DNA from: Lingula anatina
Taxonomy: Eukaryota; Animalia; Brachiopoda
Reading direction: 5' to 3'
Length of the DNA stretch: 64,000 nucleotides
NCBI GenBank assembly: GCA_051362555.1
Contig: CM120645.1
Span: 992,001 to 1,056,000, forward strand
In this document: in pieces, positions 26,182-40,368 of the stretch
Layout of the letters: each line of letters opens with the position of its first letter
Numbering within the stretch: the stretch's first letter is position 1
The notes under the pieces: generated by a model
Database searches by the model: none
Told to the model about the DNA's origin: nothing
The model's input: the letters and a program-made list of their open reading frames with translations, nothing else
Made by a program: the position numbers and the translations under genes

Positions 26182-26182
<1 letters not shown>

Positions 26183-26599
26183 AATGATGACAAGTCTGTT
26201 TTACTTGTTTGATATGCTGGCTGCCCGCAACAGGTATTGCTTCTTCCTGTACTTATGTTCATGGACCAATGTCGTGAAACAAATCGTTCGATACTTGTTC
26301 TCAGATGATAAGCAATTCCATTTTGTTAAGCACAAGAACGCGTGCTGCCTAGGCCTTAACTACGTCCGGAAATGATGGCAATTTAATGCCGCTAAGTATA
26401 TAAGTATGATTATAAACAAATTAGGAAGGTGGTGATCGTCATTCCTGGGAACCGCAAGGGGATTTATCATTTCAATTTACTGAATTATAACCTGACGTTG
26501 AGAAGATAGTCACGTAATTGTTATGTTACATATCTTTGTGTTTTCTTTGGTTGAATGTATGCGCGTAGCTACATGTGGGCGGTGATTTGTGCGTGCTCC

Positions 26600-26762
26600 C
26601 GTGTGTGTGTGCGTGAGCTTTTTGTGACTAAGTTTTCCGGATCGTAACACTGTTACGGGGCAAATTTAGCAAACGCCGACACTGGGATCGAATACGCTGC
26701 ATGATAAAGCTTATTTGTTTTCCTGTCGTTTTGAAATATGGACGCCATCATTGTGAAATAGT
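26600..26762. repeat. Diverged direct repeat; second copy at ~28605-28757
   Basis: Both copies share GTGACTAAGTTT.CCGGATC.TAA.ACTGTTAC.GGG and GATAAAGCTTATTTGTTTT...TTGTGAAATAG. Confidence 0.75.
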
Positions 26763-27772
26763 TAAATAATGTATTAATTTACGTTGAACAGCTCTGTCTA
26801 AGAAATATAATGAGTATTTTGGTAAATTAGTGTTTGATTAGAAATCATCATGGCATATGGTTTTTTGCAATTGTTATGTAATGTATGATAAAAAACAAAG
26901 TATGGGTATCTGCTTTACTGCCAATGGGATGTGCTATTTCATTAATGATATTGCTCCCCTTTACTTTCATCCATTTTTTCCTGCATCTAATTATTCAATA
27001 ATGCATCTATCTTTGTGTTGATTAAAACAATGAAAAAGCCCTCGAAAATATAAAATATCGGCATTTATATTTTTCGTTGCAATGTATAAGCATAGGCAAC
27101 TCAAAGCTTTAATTGCCAATTTAACAACCTTGTATTTTGAGGTGAGATAGCAATCGGTTTGGGGCGTAATTTCATCCCTGAACAAGATTTTTTTCACGAA
27201 AATTGGCAGAGTGGACCACGAGTGAATGGGCTACAATCCCGTGCCGTCATTTTGGTTTAAATTTTTTTGTTATGGAGTTATGAGCCCCTAATTACAGATT
27301 TTCATTAAACAAAGGTATTATTTTGTTTTATGTAAACCTCAAGAGGAACACAAAACCTGAAATGGCAGAAATCAGTAATTATTCGACCGAAAAGTGGCAG
27401 AACAGTTAGAGGTGATATTCAGATCTTTCCCAACATCTGTGTTCCCTTTCTGAAACATTGCTCTGCGCGAACACCCCGACAACACGAAGGAAAGCGTTGA
27501 ACAGTATTTGGCTTCATTGCAAGATCAAGCCTTAATACGAAACTACGGCATGGGTAATGGAAAGTGTAGACATTTTGCCCAGCTTCGAGGGTTAGATACT
27601 GAGCCAAAGAAGCAAATGGCTTTGCCCTTGCCTTAACCAGAGACGTGTTCCGAAAAAGATTTATGTCGGGATTTGGTTCTAATTTTCAGAGCAAAAGATT
27701 TTGCTTCTGTTGACGCGTAAAGATTTGCAGTGGCCCGACAGGGTAACGAAATTATCAATCTCTGTCAACTAT

Positions 27773-27942
27773 CAGGGGCGGATTAAGGCCGTCTTCTGGG
27801 TCTTCCGGAAGACGGTCAGATTTTCAAGTTTACATTGACGGGTATCTAATTTTTTTTCTGTTGGAAGACGGTCAAAATTGGAGGATAAATCAACAAAGAT
27901 AATTTGGAAGACTGTCATTAAATAGCTCTGAATCCGCCCCTG
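27773..27942. mobile_element. 170-bp MITE (hAT-like TIRs)
   Basis: TIRs CAGGGGCGGATT / AATCCGCCCCTG; 6-bp flanking direct repeat AACTAT at 27767-27772 and 27943-27948. Confidence 0.75.
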
Positions 27943-28919
27943 AACTATTGACCATTTTATATGCACATTTACATACATGCGCAATCCACGTATTATACTG
28001 GTATGTATACCCTTGGTGAGAGAACACCTTTTTCGTTTTTAAAAAAGTTATCCAACTTAAATGTTAGCAACATTTTATGAAATACGCCGAATACATTACA
28101 CTTATCTCAAGGGACTGCACAAATATACACCAAAAGAGACTGCGCAATGCAGAGAAGCCATGGGATTTACCCACCATTATGGAAATTTTACGGGAAAATA
28201 AGCAATTTTGCGTACTCATGAATCAATTATCTGTCACTCTCTTCACTTGAATTCCACCTTTAATTAAATTTTTTAAAGGTTGATTTAGTGTAAAATGACT
28301 GACTGACTAGCCAGATGCCAGCTTCTTAAGGTCCAGTGACATATCAACATCAGGTACGCCCCAGAAGAAAATTCATTAAGGTGTTAAATCGTTTTTGAGG
28401 TGTATGTAAGGTTTTATAAGAAGCTGTTGATCTCAAAAATAGGCATATGGGAGATTTTTTAGAATTGTTTAGATTGTTTAGAATTTAACGTGTGAAAAAA
28501 AATCACAGTTTATTATAAATTTTCAAATTCATTACTTTTTGGGATCAAAATGTAAATTACAAAGCTTATTGTTGAAAGAATCAAATGGACGTAAGACAAA
28601 ATTGTGTGTGCGTGCGTATGAGCAATGCGTGACTAAGTTTACCGGATCATAAGACTGTTACAGGGCTAATTATGCCAACACCAACATGATCATCACGATA
28701 AAGCTTATTTGTTTTTCCTGTCATTGTGGAATATGGAAACCAGCGTTGTGAAATAGTCAAAAAACTTTTTCCTAGTGAAAAAAAAGAACTTTTTAATTCA
28801 AAAGGTTTTAAACACAAAAAGGTTTTAAAATCATGTAGCCCATTAGAGTCTACATGAAATGTCGCTGACTAATGAATCCCTTTATATAGACGAAAACGAA
28901 AAAAGGAAAAATATCTTAC

Positions 28920-29110
28920 CTTTAGTAGTCCCACTTAGAGCTAACGTTTTATGAGGCAGGCCCTGGTTCTGCGAACGCGTCGCCCTCGAAATGATCGTTT
29001 TGTTAAACCCTGGCTGCGTCCACGCCGTATTTCCTGATACTCAGACTCGCGCTTTCTGCTCTGCAAATTTGACACGATACCTAAGTATTTATAAGAAATT
29101 ACTGACGTGA
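28920..29110 (-). promoter_or_regulatory. Candidate TATA promoter and non-coding first exon of the neuropeptide gene
   Basis: Minus-strand TATAAATA at 29093-29086 and CRE-like TGACGTGA at 29103-29110. An ATG-free ~140 nt segment ends in consensus donor AAG|GTAAGA at 28920. An unused acceptor TTTCAG| lies at 25163, just 5' of the start codon. Confidence 0.5.
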
Positions 29111-31660
29111 GTGGTAGGCTTGATAAGCTACATTATCATCGTGTGACAGAATGAAACCACGATCTTAATGCCTCTTAAGGATCAATCAAGTCATAAGAAC
29201 GGCCGGCAAAGTGACATTAGAGCCGCCCCTAGCGGGAAGACAGCGAAAAATAAAAGTGGCTAAGGGGAGACGTATAGCACTCCAATGAAATTACGCGCCA
29301 AATTACTGGTACGAACTTAAGTGCACTTTGATAGAACAACCCTCTCGGCGAAGTAAATGCTTTCTTTTTTGAATTTTTTCTGACAAATAACGATATATGA
29401 ATTTCGGTGCATCTCACTGCAATACCCGGGACAGATTCATTGCGGTTTCTGATAGCATTTCGATTCCTTCTTGAATTTAAGTCCAGTAACAGAACTCGAA
29501 ACAGTCTTTTATCGTGTTGCGTAACAATTTTTTTTTTTTTGCATATTTAACCCTATTTCCGTGGTAGCTGTGTTAGTTATTCAATATACGCATCACTTTG
29601 TAAAATGGAAATGGACCTTGGAGCAAAAAAGCACCACTGCCCTCATCACTATAACGCAAGACGATGGCCCAGCGCAATTGGTGAGGGACAAGCAAGCACA
29701 TTAAAGGCAGCCAATGATGATAACCAGTCATGTGAAAGAGAAGAACTTAATAAAGTCAAAACACCACCAAGCAAGGGATATTGATGACTGAAATCAGTTT
29801 ACCAGCACGGAACGGGTCATTAGTTGACTTATAATGGTTCGTAATTCGCATTTTTCTCAACTGATGTGATGTTATACGGGCTGTTTCAGAATATTGGTAC
29901 AGTCGCTGACATGACCTGCAAGTATGGCACGGCAAGGATCCTATAGTGTCAAGCACCATGGAGCAATAATGTTTAAAAAGAAGAGCTGATTGAATTATTT
30001 TTTACGAACTGACTTAGGAAAAAACTGGCAAAGGAAGACCCCTACCATACCAAATTGTTTGTGCCGCCTTAAACGAAGACAACAAGCTTTTGCTGTGCGA
30101 GGAATGCTCCAGCAAAATCTAAGATTTGTCAGGGGGTAGGAGAAAATAATCTCTGCTTTAATTCGTAAATATACGGCAATAGTCAGGAAAGATTTTACTG
30201 TTTTACTGTAACACACGTATGTAGGGCATAGGGACTCGCTATCCTAGCGTCACTTGCGATGTTAACAATATCATGGTGGTTATATTAGCGAAAGTATGGC
30301 AGCTTGCTAGGTATATTGCCTCTGTCGCAGCCTAGGTCTGCGCCGAAGACAAATGGCCGAAATTAATGTGCTTTTAATATAATGTAATATATTATTAGTT
30401 CTGATCACTATAATTTGGAACAATTACCAGGTACAGCTACCATTTTACGGTATGACCTATGCGCACGCACATGGAAAGGGCGAAGTGTCTCTTCCAACCG
30501 GGTGAAGCTTTATTAACAGATCTTGATAAGGTGGCCTGAATGCAGTTACAACCTCGCTGATCCATTACAAAGTCTTTGGCCTTAAATTTTTCTTTCTTTC
30601 TTTCTTTCTATATCCATTTATTTATTTAATATTATTTTCTCCTCGACATCTTCAGGTAAACAGACCCTTTCATACGCTCACATTCTGATCAAGAAAAATA
30701 TCATGCTTCTACAAAATTTAAATGAAAGCCTTTACTGTATTTGTGTGCTTGGGTAACCCGTTAATAACACCCACAACTTGAGAGGCAGCAATTCATGTAC
30801 GCCCTCAGCAACCAACACGACAATTCCATTTCCGGTCGTCCCTTGCGGCGGCCATCTTGGAGGTTTTGCGGTTCGAATCTATAGCTACCTTCATGGCTGA
30901 AAGGTTTTCTCGGCTTCTGTGACTGAATTGCAAATAAGAATTTCAGAAGAAGTGTACAGTCATCTAAATTAAGTTTTTCTTGTCCCAGGCGATATTTTCG
31001 TTGCACACATTCGTACTTTTTAATGAGAAAGTTTTTTGGTGAGCAAAATTGCTTTTATTAATTTTGTTTTATTTCATTGTTTTTTTTTAATGTTTTAATG
31101 TTGTAAATAAAATATCACTTTCTTGCAGATGATGGTAAAATTGTTTCGTTCTTCATCCATTACAAAAAGGGACGGTAAACACACCCTATAGGTCAAGAAT
31201 CATTTCTACCCATCTGAAACAGAAAAATATATTTATACTGCACCTTTGATATTCGCAAAGGGCGCAATAGCTATTTAAAGTCTTTGTCCTTTCGATTTTT
31301 GTCTTGATTTTGTGAAAAAAGTTATTTTGGTTTAATATATTTAGAGTGACCGGCCTTTGATTTATACGCCTTAGTAAAATGGTGTTAACTTACGAAAGCG
31401 ATTATTAAGAAAACGACCTCAAGTGATTTACGTAAACATCACTTTTCATAACAGTAAATTCAAGCCACTATCAGACGCAATTTTTGACAATTATTCAGAT
31501 ATTAAACGAATAAATACCACAAAATTACCTCAGCAACAAAAGATAACCCGAGCAAGATATACATGTAAAAGACCTGAGCTGAAGTACGTCAGTGCCGCTC
31601 AGATATTCCTTCTTACCACAATTCTGAACAATTGTGTTGTGATATTGGTTTGCTTCAGCA

Positions 31661-31726
31661 CGCGTGCGCGTGCGTGTGTGTGTGTGCGTGTGTGTACATG
31701 TATGTGTGTATGTGTGTGCTTGTGTT

Positions 31727-31772
<46 letters not shown>
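31661..31772. repeat. Compound (GT)n/(GA)n microsatellite
   Basis: Direct reading. Confidence 0.9.
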
Positions 31773-31773
<1 letters not shown>

Positions 31774-33273
31774 TCGGATCTCACTCTCAAACAGCAGATC
31801 TCTCTTGGGAGAAGTTGGGGCAATAAAAAGAAAAAAAAAACAACAACAGACACTTCTGACGCCATATGCAGCCTTCTTTTATAATTTGCTTGTGTCTACT
31901 TTCCCCTTCTTTTTACTCTTTTTCATCTCGAGAGCAAGTTCCTTCTGATCCGGGATGTAAGAATCGTCACCGGTGACATTTCTTCCTTGCTTTTCATACA
32001 CTCAAATGACACATCAGTTCGCGATAATGCAACGTAGGAAGAGGTCACTTTCTTTACTGTCAGAGGGGTGTAAAATAGGTTTAAATATAAGTAAAGGCTA
32101 TAAAAACAACTTTAAAATACATCGACAAAAATGCCGAAAGGCGGGCATTCTGTCGGTTGATGATCTAAGGAATTTTGTTATGTTCTTGATTATCCCTAGC
32201 ATGGTCTTTCATTTGTTGGACATTAAAATGTGTTTTTACCACCTTCAGAGATAAGATAAGGTGGGGCAGATTTTTTGACAACCAGACTATAAATACCACA
32301 AAATAATCTCACTGAATATTCCATTAAATGATTATTAAATACTCAGTGCCCGTTTCGACCTTCTTATCCTTTCAAAACATTGCTCTCAGACACGTTTAAT
32401 GAATCATTTTGGGACCATCTTTCTGTCTGAGCGACTTTTTTTGTACATCACCTTATGCAGTTTAAATAAGTAATGGTTGGTTAAATGCTAGACGGCTGTA
32501 GAAGACATTTGGGAAATTAATTAATTATATCCCATCTACTGTCCTTGTAAAGGAGAACAGAGCGACAAATGGGTTGATCAATACTTTGGCCAGACATTTT
32601 CTGCGAGCACCATAGAGAATATGGTATATATATATTGCATGATAGCCTTGCCAACATCTTAGCCACAATTCGTTATTTTCAGACAATGTTCGTGAAGAGA
32701 GTGATGTAAGTGACGCAATAGGAAGATTTAATACAAATAATGCAATATTTGTCTATCACAATCACGAAATTGTCATACTTAACTGAAATTGACCACTTAG
32801 TTGCCTGCCAAATGCAAGCGTTTCTTATACAGACAATTATCCCAAGTCACAAAGTTAAAGTCCCTTTATAAGGTCCGAGGTACAATGTGGCAAGTATAAA
32901 CGAGTAAAATTTTAGCACTGGTGTTGAGAAACAATAATTGTGCTTTGTACTTTATTAGCATCTCTATCGCAATCTATGGCACTGACACAGAGTTCAAAGG
33001 TCAGTTCCTAATCCAGTGAAAATAGCTGTCTTTTCTGGAATACAGTTCAAACCAGCATGAAGACATTTGGGAACGGCAAAGCGGGTAAAAGCACGAATTA
33101 AATTGGTCCTTATCTTGTTTCTTATGCCTCCAGTCAAATTGCCCTCCATTCTAGTGGGCAGGCATAAAGCTCCTGTCGTATAAGTAATTGCAAATCAAAT
33201 CTATTGTCTATTTCTTTCTTTTCTTTTGTTTTTTCTTATTGCATCACTTAGATTTTTATTATATAAATGTGTT

Positions 33274-33279
<6 letters not shown>

Positions 33280-33339
<60 letters not shown>

Positions 33340-33343
33340 CGCG
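33280..33343. repeat. (TG)n(CG)n microsatellite
   Basis: Direct reading. Confidence 0.9.
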
Positions 33344-34283
33344 CTTGGGTCCAGCTTTGTCAGCAAAATATTCTGTGAAATTTGAGAAAAGGCTAGCGCC
33401 TCTCTTGCCTCGCACTGGCTTCGGCCATGAAGTTGGTAAGCAATGCTGGAAATGTATGGAAATGTTACCGACTTTTGTTTTTTGTTTCCAGTGTCTAAAA
33501 CGGTAGAAGGTAGATCAGCGTTTAGTTTTTGATCAACTGCGTATAAATACTCTTCTTTGGTACCTAGTTGTGGGGGAATATTTTTACGATTTTTTTCATC
33601 GAAAATACCAAAAATAACCGTTATGCATGGCGAGACATTTCTTTAATACCTTTTGTGGCTAGGATTTGACGCTCTGCGAAAATGACCTTTTCTGTGTTGA
33701 TAATGATTTTATTTGCATGTTATTTACATATGTATACATGACACTGAATGAACATCTGTGATCCATGTGTGTATTTCTAACACGTTTTTTCGTCTTAATG
33801 AAGTTTTCATATAATTGATCAAAATAGTCTTACAGTTAACAAACCTGTGTGTCAAAAATTTCTTGTACACTCAATGATAATGAAATATCTTAATACTAAA
33901 AATCATAAAAATAAGACTTACGTGTTAGAATGAATATTTTGATAAAACTTGTTGGTCTGATAATTTTTAGAATAAAATAACCCGGAATGATAATGGAAAC
34001 AGAATACCAAAAATAACACCCGAATTTTTTGTGGAGATAAACAGAAATACACGTCTAAACTATCCTAGCGATTTTAAAATGTCATATATAATTAATATAA
34101 AACTATATACTTTCAAGTCTATTTTGCTGCAATACACTTTTTTTTAAAGTGTGATTACTTTTAAAGGTGGCAACAGGCTGTATGAATGTACGAGATATGT
34201 TCTCCTAATCAAATCAAGATTGGCTGGAAAATGCCAAATTCTTGTGATACAAATTGTTACTGTCAATGTCACCGCCCAACAAA

Positions 34284-36559
34284 TCATTTTTCGAAACGCA
34301 CTTCCTTAGAGTAGCGTTTCTCGTCCAACTTGTTCCCCCATAAAAGCAATTTCAGATCCCTTTTGTAAACAAGTGTTGAATGCAGACGATCATAGACTAA
34401 ATCCAATATGGCGGCGTTCCCCTGTATGCCACCGTCGTGCGGGTGAAGTTGGGACATCGGCGCACGACGCTCTGAGCGTCCGATCTCGTTAAAGCACAAC
34501 TTTAAAGTGCTGAGACAAGTGTTGTTGTCCAAAGCCTCAAGGAGATCCAGGAATCCTTGTTTTCCAATACCACACATGTTCAGACAAAGTGTTTTAAGGG
34601 AACTGTTATGTGACAACATGGCAGCAAGAGCCTCGGCGCCAGAATCTCCTAAGTGATTCATTCCTAAATCTAGCGACAGCAGAGTTTTATTCTCCGTTAA
34701 TGATTGCGCAATGGCACCAGCGGCTTCCTTCGTGAAGCCACATTTCTCTAAATTGAGAAACTGAAGAGTCGTGTTTCTTGACAACATCGTACCAATATGG
34801 AACGCTGCGTTGTCACCAATATCGTTGGACGATAAGTCCAGAACAAGGAGGCCAGTGTTTCTCTCCAGTGCCCTAGAAAGTGCTCTACACCCTAGAAATG
34901 CGATATTATTTCCACGCAAGCGTAATTTTTTCAGCGCAGATCTATTTCCTAACAGCTGTGCTATGTGATCGCAGTCTCTGTCGTCCAACTCGTTAAATCC
35001 TAAATCCAACTCTCGCAGGGTGCCGTTTCCCACGAGATTTTGAACTATATCGCTGCAACCATCGTGCGAGATTCTCGTGTCCGTCAGATTTAGAGACTTC
35101 AGCGACGTGTTTTTATGCAGCGCATTCGAGAAGGCACGCGCTGCCTCGTTGGTCATGGGATTCATTCGAACGTCCAACTTCAGTAAACTCTTATTTACTT
35201 GCAACGCTGACGCCAATCTTTCCATCCCATCACTGTCGATGCAGTTTTTAGGGATGCTGAGTTCTGATACACACCCGTATTTCTCCAACACGGACGCCAA
35301 CACGGACGCTCCATCGTCGCCTAGGTTTTGGTCGTATATATCCAGTGATATAACTGGGACGTATTTTTCCGGACTTTCACAGCTGTCCGTCAGACAACCA
35401 TCCATCTGGAGATTTTGCTCGATCATGTCAGTGAATTCCCGCGCTAATGCCACCGAAGCGCGTGGATTATCGCAGCTGGTCAGACGCGGGAAATAGCCTG
35501 GCGGAGTCGGGAGGGTGATGATCGGCAGGACCTCTCCGGTTTCCCGGTCGTAATAACTGATATCACAGTGCATGTGCGCGGCGTCTAGAGCCGGTGGCTG
35601 AGAGTGGTGGGCCCTGAGGACCTCCCCCACAAGCTCATACGGATCCTCCTCCAGCGGATCCACATCCGCCTCCGTGCCACTATCCACTTCCGGATCCAAG
35701 GGCTTATTTGGGTTGTGTTTTTCCAGAGTTTTGAAAACAGTTTCTAAAACTTCCAAAATGTCCGCCAAAGCCTCGTGATCCTCGTTAAGACGCAGTATGT
35801 ATTTAAATGCCTCGAACTCCGCCTCTCCTTTTGTGAATAGTTCATCAACAATGAAAATGTTCATTGTTTTCTTTCTCTCCTCCTGCAGAACAATTTCCTT
35901 CTCCTGCTCCGTTATAACTCCTTTACGAAACAAGTGGTGCAGTACATCTGGGGCGTTCAGTCGGTCTATCAGCAAGTAACGCATGATTTCTAGTATCTGA
36001 CGATGCTGAGCGAAGAGAAACTCGTCCGTCAACATCCGGGAGTCCCGAGACTCGATGGCCTTGTACCGACTACTCCGCGGATACGTTCTGCTCATGGGGG
36101 AGAGTTCGGGGGCCACATCAGTGCTCTGCAGGGATTTCAAGTCCGGGATGTTCTCGTAATTGCCGAAATATCCAGAGATACGCTTTTTCCGCAAGGGGGC
36201 GGGGGCGGTATTGACGTATAGACGTGGGGGTTTGGGTGGTGGGTTGGAATTCGAGTTGGCGCTGCTGAAGGAGGGGCTGGGAGAGGGGTCGCCGCCAGGC
36301 TGAGAGGTCCAGCTCTCCGGAGAAGAAATTTGCGGGGAACGGGAGGGGAAAGAGGGAAGCAGATCCACGGTGTGAGCAGCGTTCGGGTTCTCAGGGGGCA
36401 ACAAGTCCAGATTACTCGGGCGGCCAGGGCGAGAGAAGAGAGGCGACGGTTGGATGTCATCTGGCGCGGAAATCATGGTCTTTGGGTTGTCTAGCATTGA
36501 GCCTGATTTCCGCTTGGACATGGTGGACCATCTCTTCTGATCCCCTTGTCTCAACCGAC
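34284..36559 (-). CDS. Main coding exon of a CARD-like + ribonuclease-inhibitor-type LRR protein (NLRC3/NOD-like LRRs, no NACHT)
   Basis: Open frame of 2276 nt after acceptor TTTTCTCATTCCAG|. Pro/Ser-rich N-terminus; CARD-like segment (RYLLIDRLNAPDVLHHLFRKGVITEQEKE...DELFTKGEAEFEAFKYIL...HEALADIL); about 11 LRRs of 28 aa. Internal CCACCATG at 36521 would give 745 aa. Confidence 0.9.
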
Positions 36560-37815
36560 CTGGAATGAGAAAAGATAATTATTACTCATTGATTCTAATT
36601 GGACGTTAAACTCCTGCTTAAAGTGGCCGGAAAATATAAAAAATGACCTGTTAACATCAATCTGTGCTATGTATTTTAATAAAGGCACTGGCTGCAAATA
36701 TTTAACGGAATTTATGGACATTGAGGAAAAAATGACTCTTCAACAAACTGAATAACATACAATTTACGTGAATGATAAAACAAGTTAACATTTTCAAATG
36801 TGCCAGCTGCTTCCTCAACGTGTGCGATCTTTATACAGAGTTGAGAAGAGACCATCGCTACAGACTGTCTGCGGAAAATTAGTCTTATTTTGGTAGTTAC
36901 TGAAGACTGCCCAATTATCTGTGCCTGTTTTCGTTGTGTGTGATCTCAAAATACAGTTAGGCGAAAATTACTGACACAGAAGAACTGTGCAATCCAATCT
37001 GGGGAAATATAAGTTTCATATTTTGTGGTTACAGTATATACAATACTGAAGACTAGAAAATTACTGCGGGTCCTAACAGAAATACAAAAGTGATCTATTC
37101 AGGGTGAAGAGGTCCCACTTCGAGCAGGGTACATTACCACAAACGCCTACCTTTCAGACCGCAGAGAAAAGACATCGAAATAAGTACAAATTCAGACTAA
37201 ACCATCCACGCCTGCCAGCAACGAAGACCGAATATATTATTCTGTTTTCTCTGTCATAAGATGATTCTACACGGCAGTGCTCTGTTCTCGTCGACTGATG
37301 TAAGCCTGCAGTAACACATAATGGCTCAATCCTGTGATTTTTTTCACCTCTTAATCTCGCCGTGTTCTGCAGTCCTCTCTCTAGGTGATCGGTCTACCAC
37401 AACGCGCTGTAACACTCCAAATGACCACAGAAAAAGTCGTCTTCACACACAGTAGCAGCTGGCGACAAGTCTGTTACACGTTCAGTCCCAAGAAAGCGTC
37501 AATTCACACGGCTTCTTTTGTCACAACACCTCCTTAACGTCTCCTGACACAAGGGGCTTGTTATCAGGTAATGTCCCCGTCGCCTGACACCCAGCGTCCA
37601 GGTGGCTATTACGGCCCACCTTTATCCTGGTCAACAAGCTACTTTAACAACCTGCTGGTCCGTGATTGCAGTCCACATGCTATATTTTATAAGTTAAGGA
37701 TCTGTATATGGTGGTGTTGTGGTGCTAGTATAGATCTGCATTGGAGGATTTCTTTTGTTGTTTAAAATGTATAGATAGAGGTGTGTAGTTTGTTTTGAGC
37801 TAAAAAAGACGACAG

Positions 37816-37819
<4 letters not shown>

Positions 37820-37868
<49 letters not shown>
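37820..37868. repeat. (GA)n microsatellite
   Basis: Direct reading. Confidence 0.9.
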
Positions 37869-37874
<6 letters not shown>

Positions 37875-40368
37875 GGGTAATATGTATTCTATTGTTTCAA
37901 GGACCGAAAACGCACATAAGCTTATGTTTGAACGGGATTTTCATTTGAAAAAAAAATTATCAGATAGCACCGAGCCCTTAGCCAACCGTAATAATAGAGA
38001 GGAAGACATACAATGGTAAACTGGTAAACCACAATGGGAATCGTTTTTTCCGTTTGTCAACTGGTAAAAATAATAAATGAAAAAAAAAAATAATAAAACA
38101 GCCAATGGTAGTAATCATAAAGTGCTCACACTAAGTATCTCCAGTGTTTATTGTTATATTTCCATCTAAAATCACTGGAACACGGAGGGAAATCACAGCC
38201 CTGAATTAGTTGAAGGGGCGTTTGTATCTAATAGGGTACCTTGGGCACCTCTGGCTTCATTTTGACATTTTCTTTTTAACTACGTGATAAATCGTGTCTG
38301 GCCAAAACTGTGCGATATGTTTATCGGGCACGAGTATGACGTCACTTTAAAATGTCCGATCTTGAGAACAAGTATTTCAAAAACTTCCTGACAATTTTGA
38401 TGTATTTGGTCATGCTATTTACCGGCTCGTGTTGCCTTCATTTATGCTAGTTTTATGTTTGACGAGGTTTGATAACTTTTGTTAGAGGGGAATACGTATT
38501 CGGATATAAAATCGCGACACTTTAATACAATGCCAACCACAGTGGACTAAATATATGTTTGCCATCTTATTATTTCAATATTGATTCAAGTTTATCATCA
38601 ATCTGCCTTTTACATTCTAGAATAATCTCATTACTTCTCATAACTTAACGCTATTTTTTGTAAATCTCCAAATAATCTCTTACTTTGTTATGGATCTGTG
38701 CTGATGTTGTGGCGACTCAGGAATCACAAATAAAAAACTTATTATTGATATTTATTATATAGCGATATTAAACTGAGAAGACTTTGAAAATGGTCACAAT
38801 CATGGATTCAATAGGCAAACAAAAATACCTAGGCCTGTGCGTCAACATAATTAAATCAATGCAGAAAAAAAGGACATCGCCATGCCACCAAAAACAGTAT
38901 AGCGCGTCTTTTATATTAATACGTCGGCCTAATATATATTAACATTCATGTCTATAGTATCACAGTTCACCCTCTGTATTCTCTGTGTCTGCTATCTGTG
39001 CTGGTTGGAATTCTATACTAAGCGACTTTTCAGGTCGTTAAATCACGCCGATGCGTGACGTTACCAATAGCGCGTGCTGTGTGACGTCATTTGGAGACTG
39101 AAGTCCCAGTAATAACTCGTGTGTATCTGGGACCATTATCAAATGACATTGTCACAGTGTCTTGTTAATCACAGCATTAACTATGTGGTCGTGTATTAGC
39201 CGCTCTGTCCTACATAGATCTTAACTATGGAAAACAACCTCGCAGAAACAACGCCGCTTTTTCTCTGTTATCTACCCTGCATACCTGGGCCGCCATTAAA
39301 GAACGTTTCTCACAACTCATAAATCATGAAGCTTGTTGTAAGCGACACGCTGCAGCTTGAGCCTCCCGCGCAGGTTCAAGCGCGATGTTATTTTATTTCA
39401 TGGGCAGATCAGCTGTCCGTTGTAATGTAAAACAATCTAGCTTCAACTAATATAGATAGAAAATAAGGAGCTCTGCGGTACACGTATGAATAATTCTGTA
39501 TTCAGCCGCTATAGTTTGATCTATATTCATTTTAGTTATATTATGCATATTTATATTAAATCACAAAAAAGGATAATACCGTCGTCATCAAAGTAGAAAC
39601 ACAATTGATAGGAATATTATCATATGATAAAAATAGGTTTTACTATGAGATTTTCACCTCTCCTTGTACAAAATTTATGGAGTCGATTTTTTAAAATGAA
39701 GTCTAGTGAATCCTGGTCCGGCAATCCCTCACTATCACAAGTCTATGAATACTGGAAATGGGCGAGGAGGGGGGGGGGGGGGGGGGGGAGGGGGGGTCCT
39801 AGTAATCTGCTACTTCTGTAACTCAGGCGCTATCCAGTGTCCCAGAAACTCGTCCTCTAAAAGAGAGGGTGACACCGAACTCTTTATTAATATGTTATTT
39901 TCCCTCGCTTTGTTCCTCGCAGTAAGTTATCATAAAATTGCAATTTACGTTCATTACACACTTTGCTTTACGGTGGAAGATGACCCACTGGACATTCCTG
40001 GACAGATAGAGATCGGCATTCCTGCAGCTCCACGTGTGTTATAAGATCTATGTCGCGATACGGTACAACCCTGGGAATATTTTTGAGATATTAATTTACA
40101 TACTGTTTGTAACATATTTTTTTGCTTCATCAATTATTTACTTTTTAATTCCCCATTTTTTTTTGTGTCGCACGTGATTTTTAAATGACATAATGGCGAT
40201 GAGATGATGGGGGTGGGGTGGATGGGCTCTGCACGGACTCTGCCACAACTACAAAAAAAATTTCCACACTCCATAAACAAAGTTTTCAATCAATAAATTA
40301 TATGGAATTGGATTAAACCGCACTAACTTCAAAATTCTTCCTACATCTCCACCATGCCTTGTTCATGT

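Noticed and set aside
30846-30862. YY1-like motif GCGGCCATCTTGG and loose CTCF-like words near 29222 and 43215
   Set aside because: Isolated short matches with no supporting gene structure.
31423-31948. ORFs rich in CVCV/HTHT/RERE (also near 33.2, 41.2, 43.8, 52.5 and 61.3-62.1 kb)
   Set aside because: Translations of dinucleotide microsatellites.
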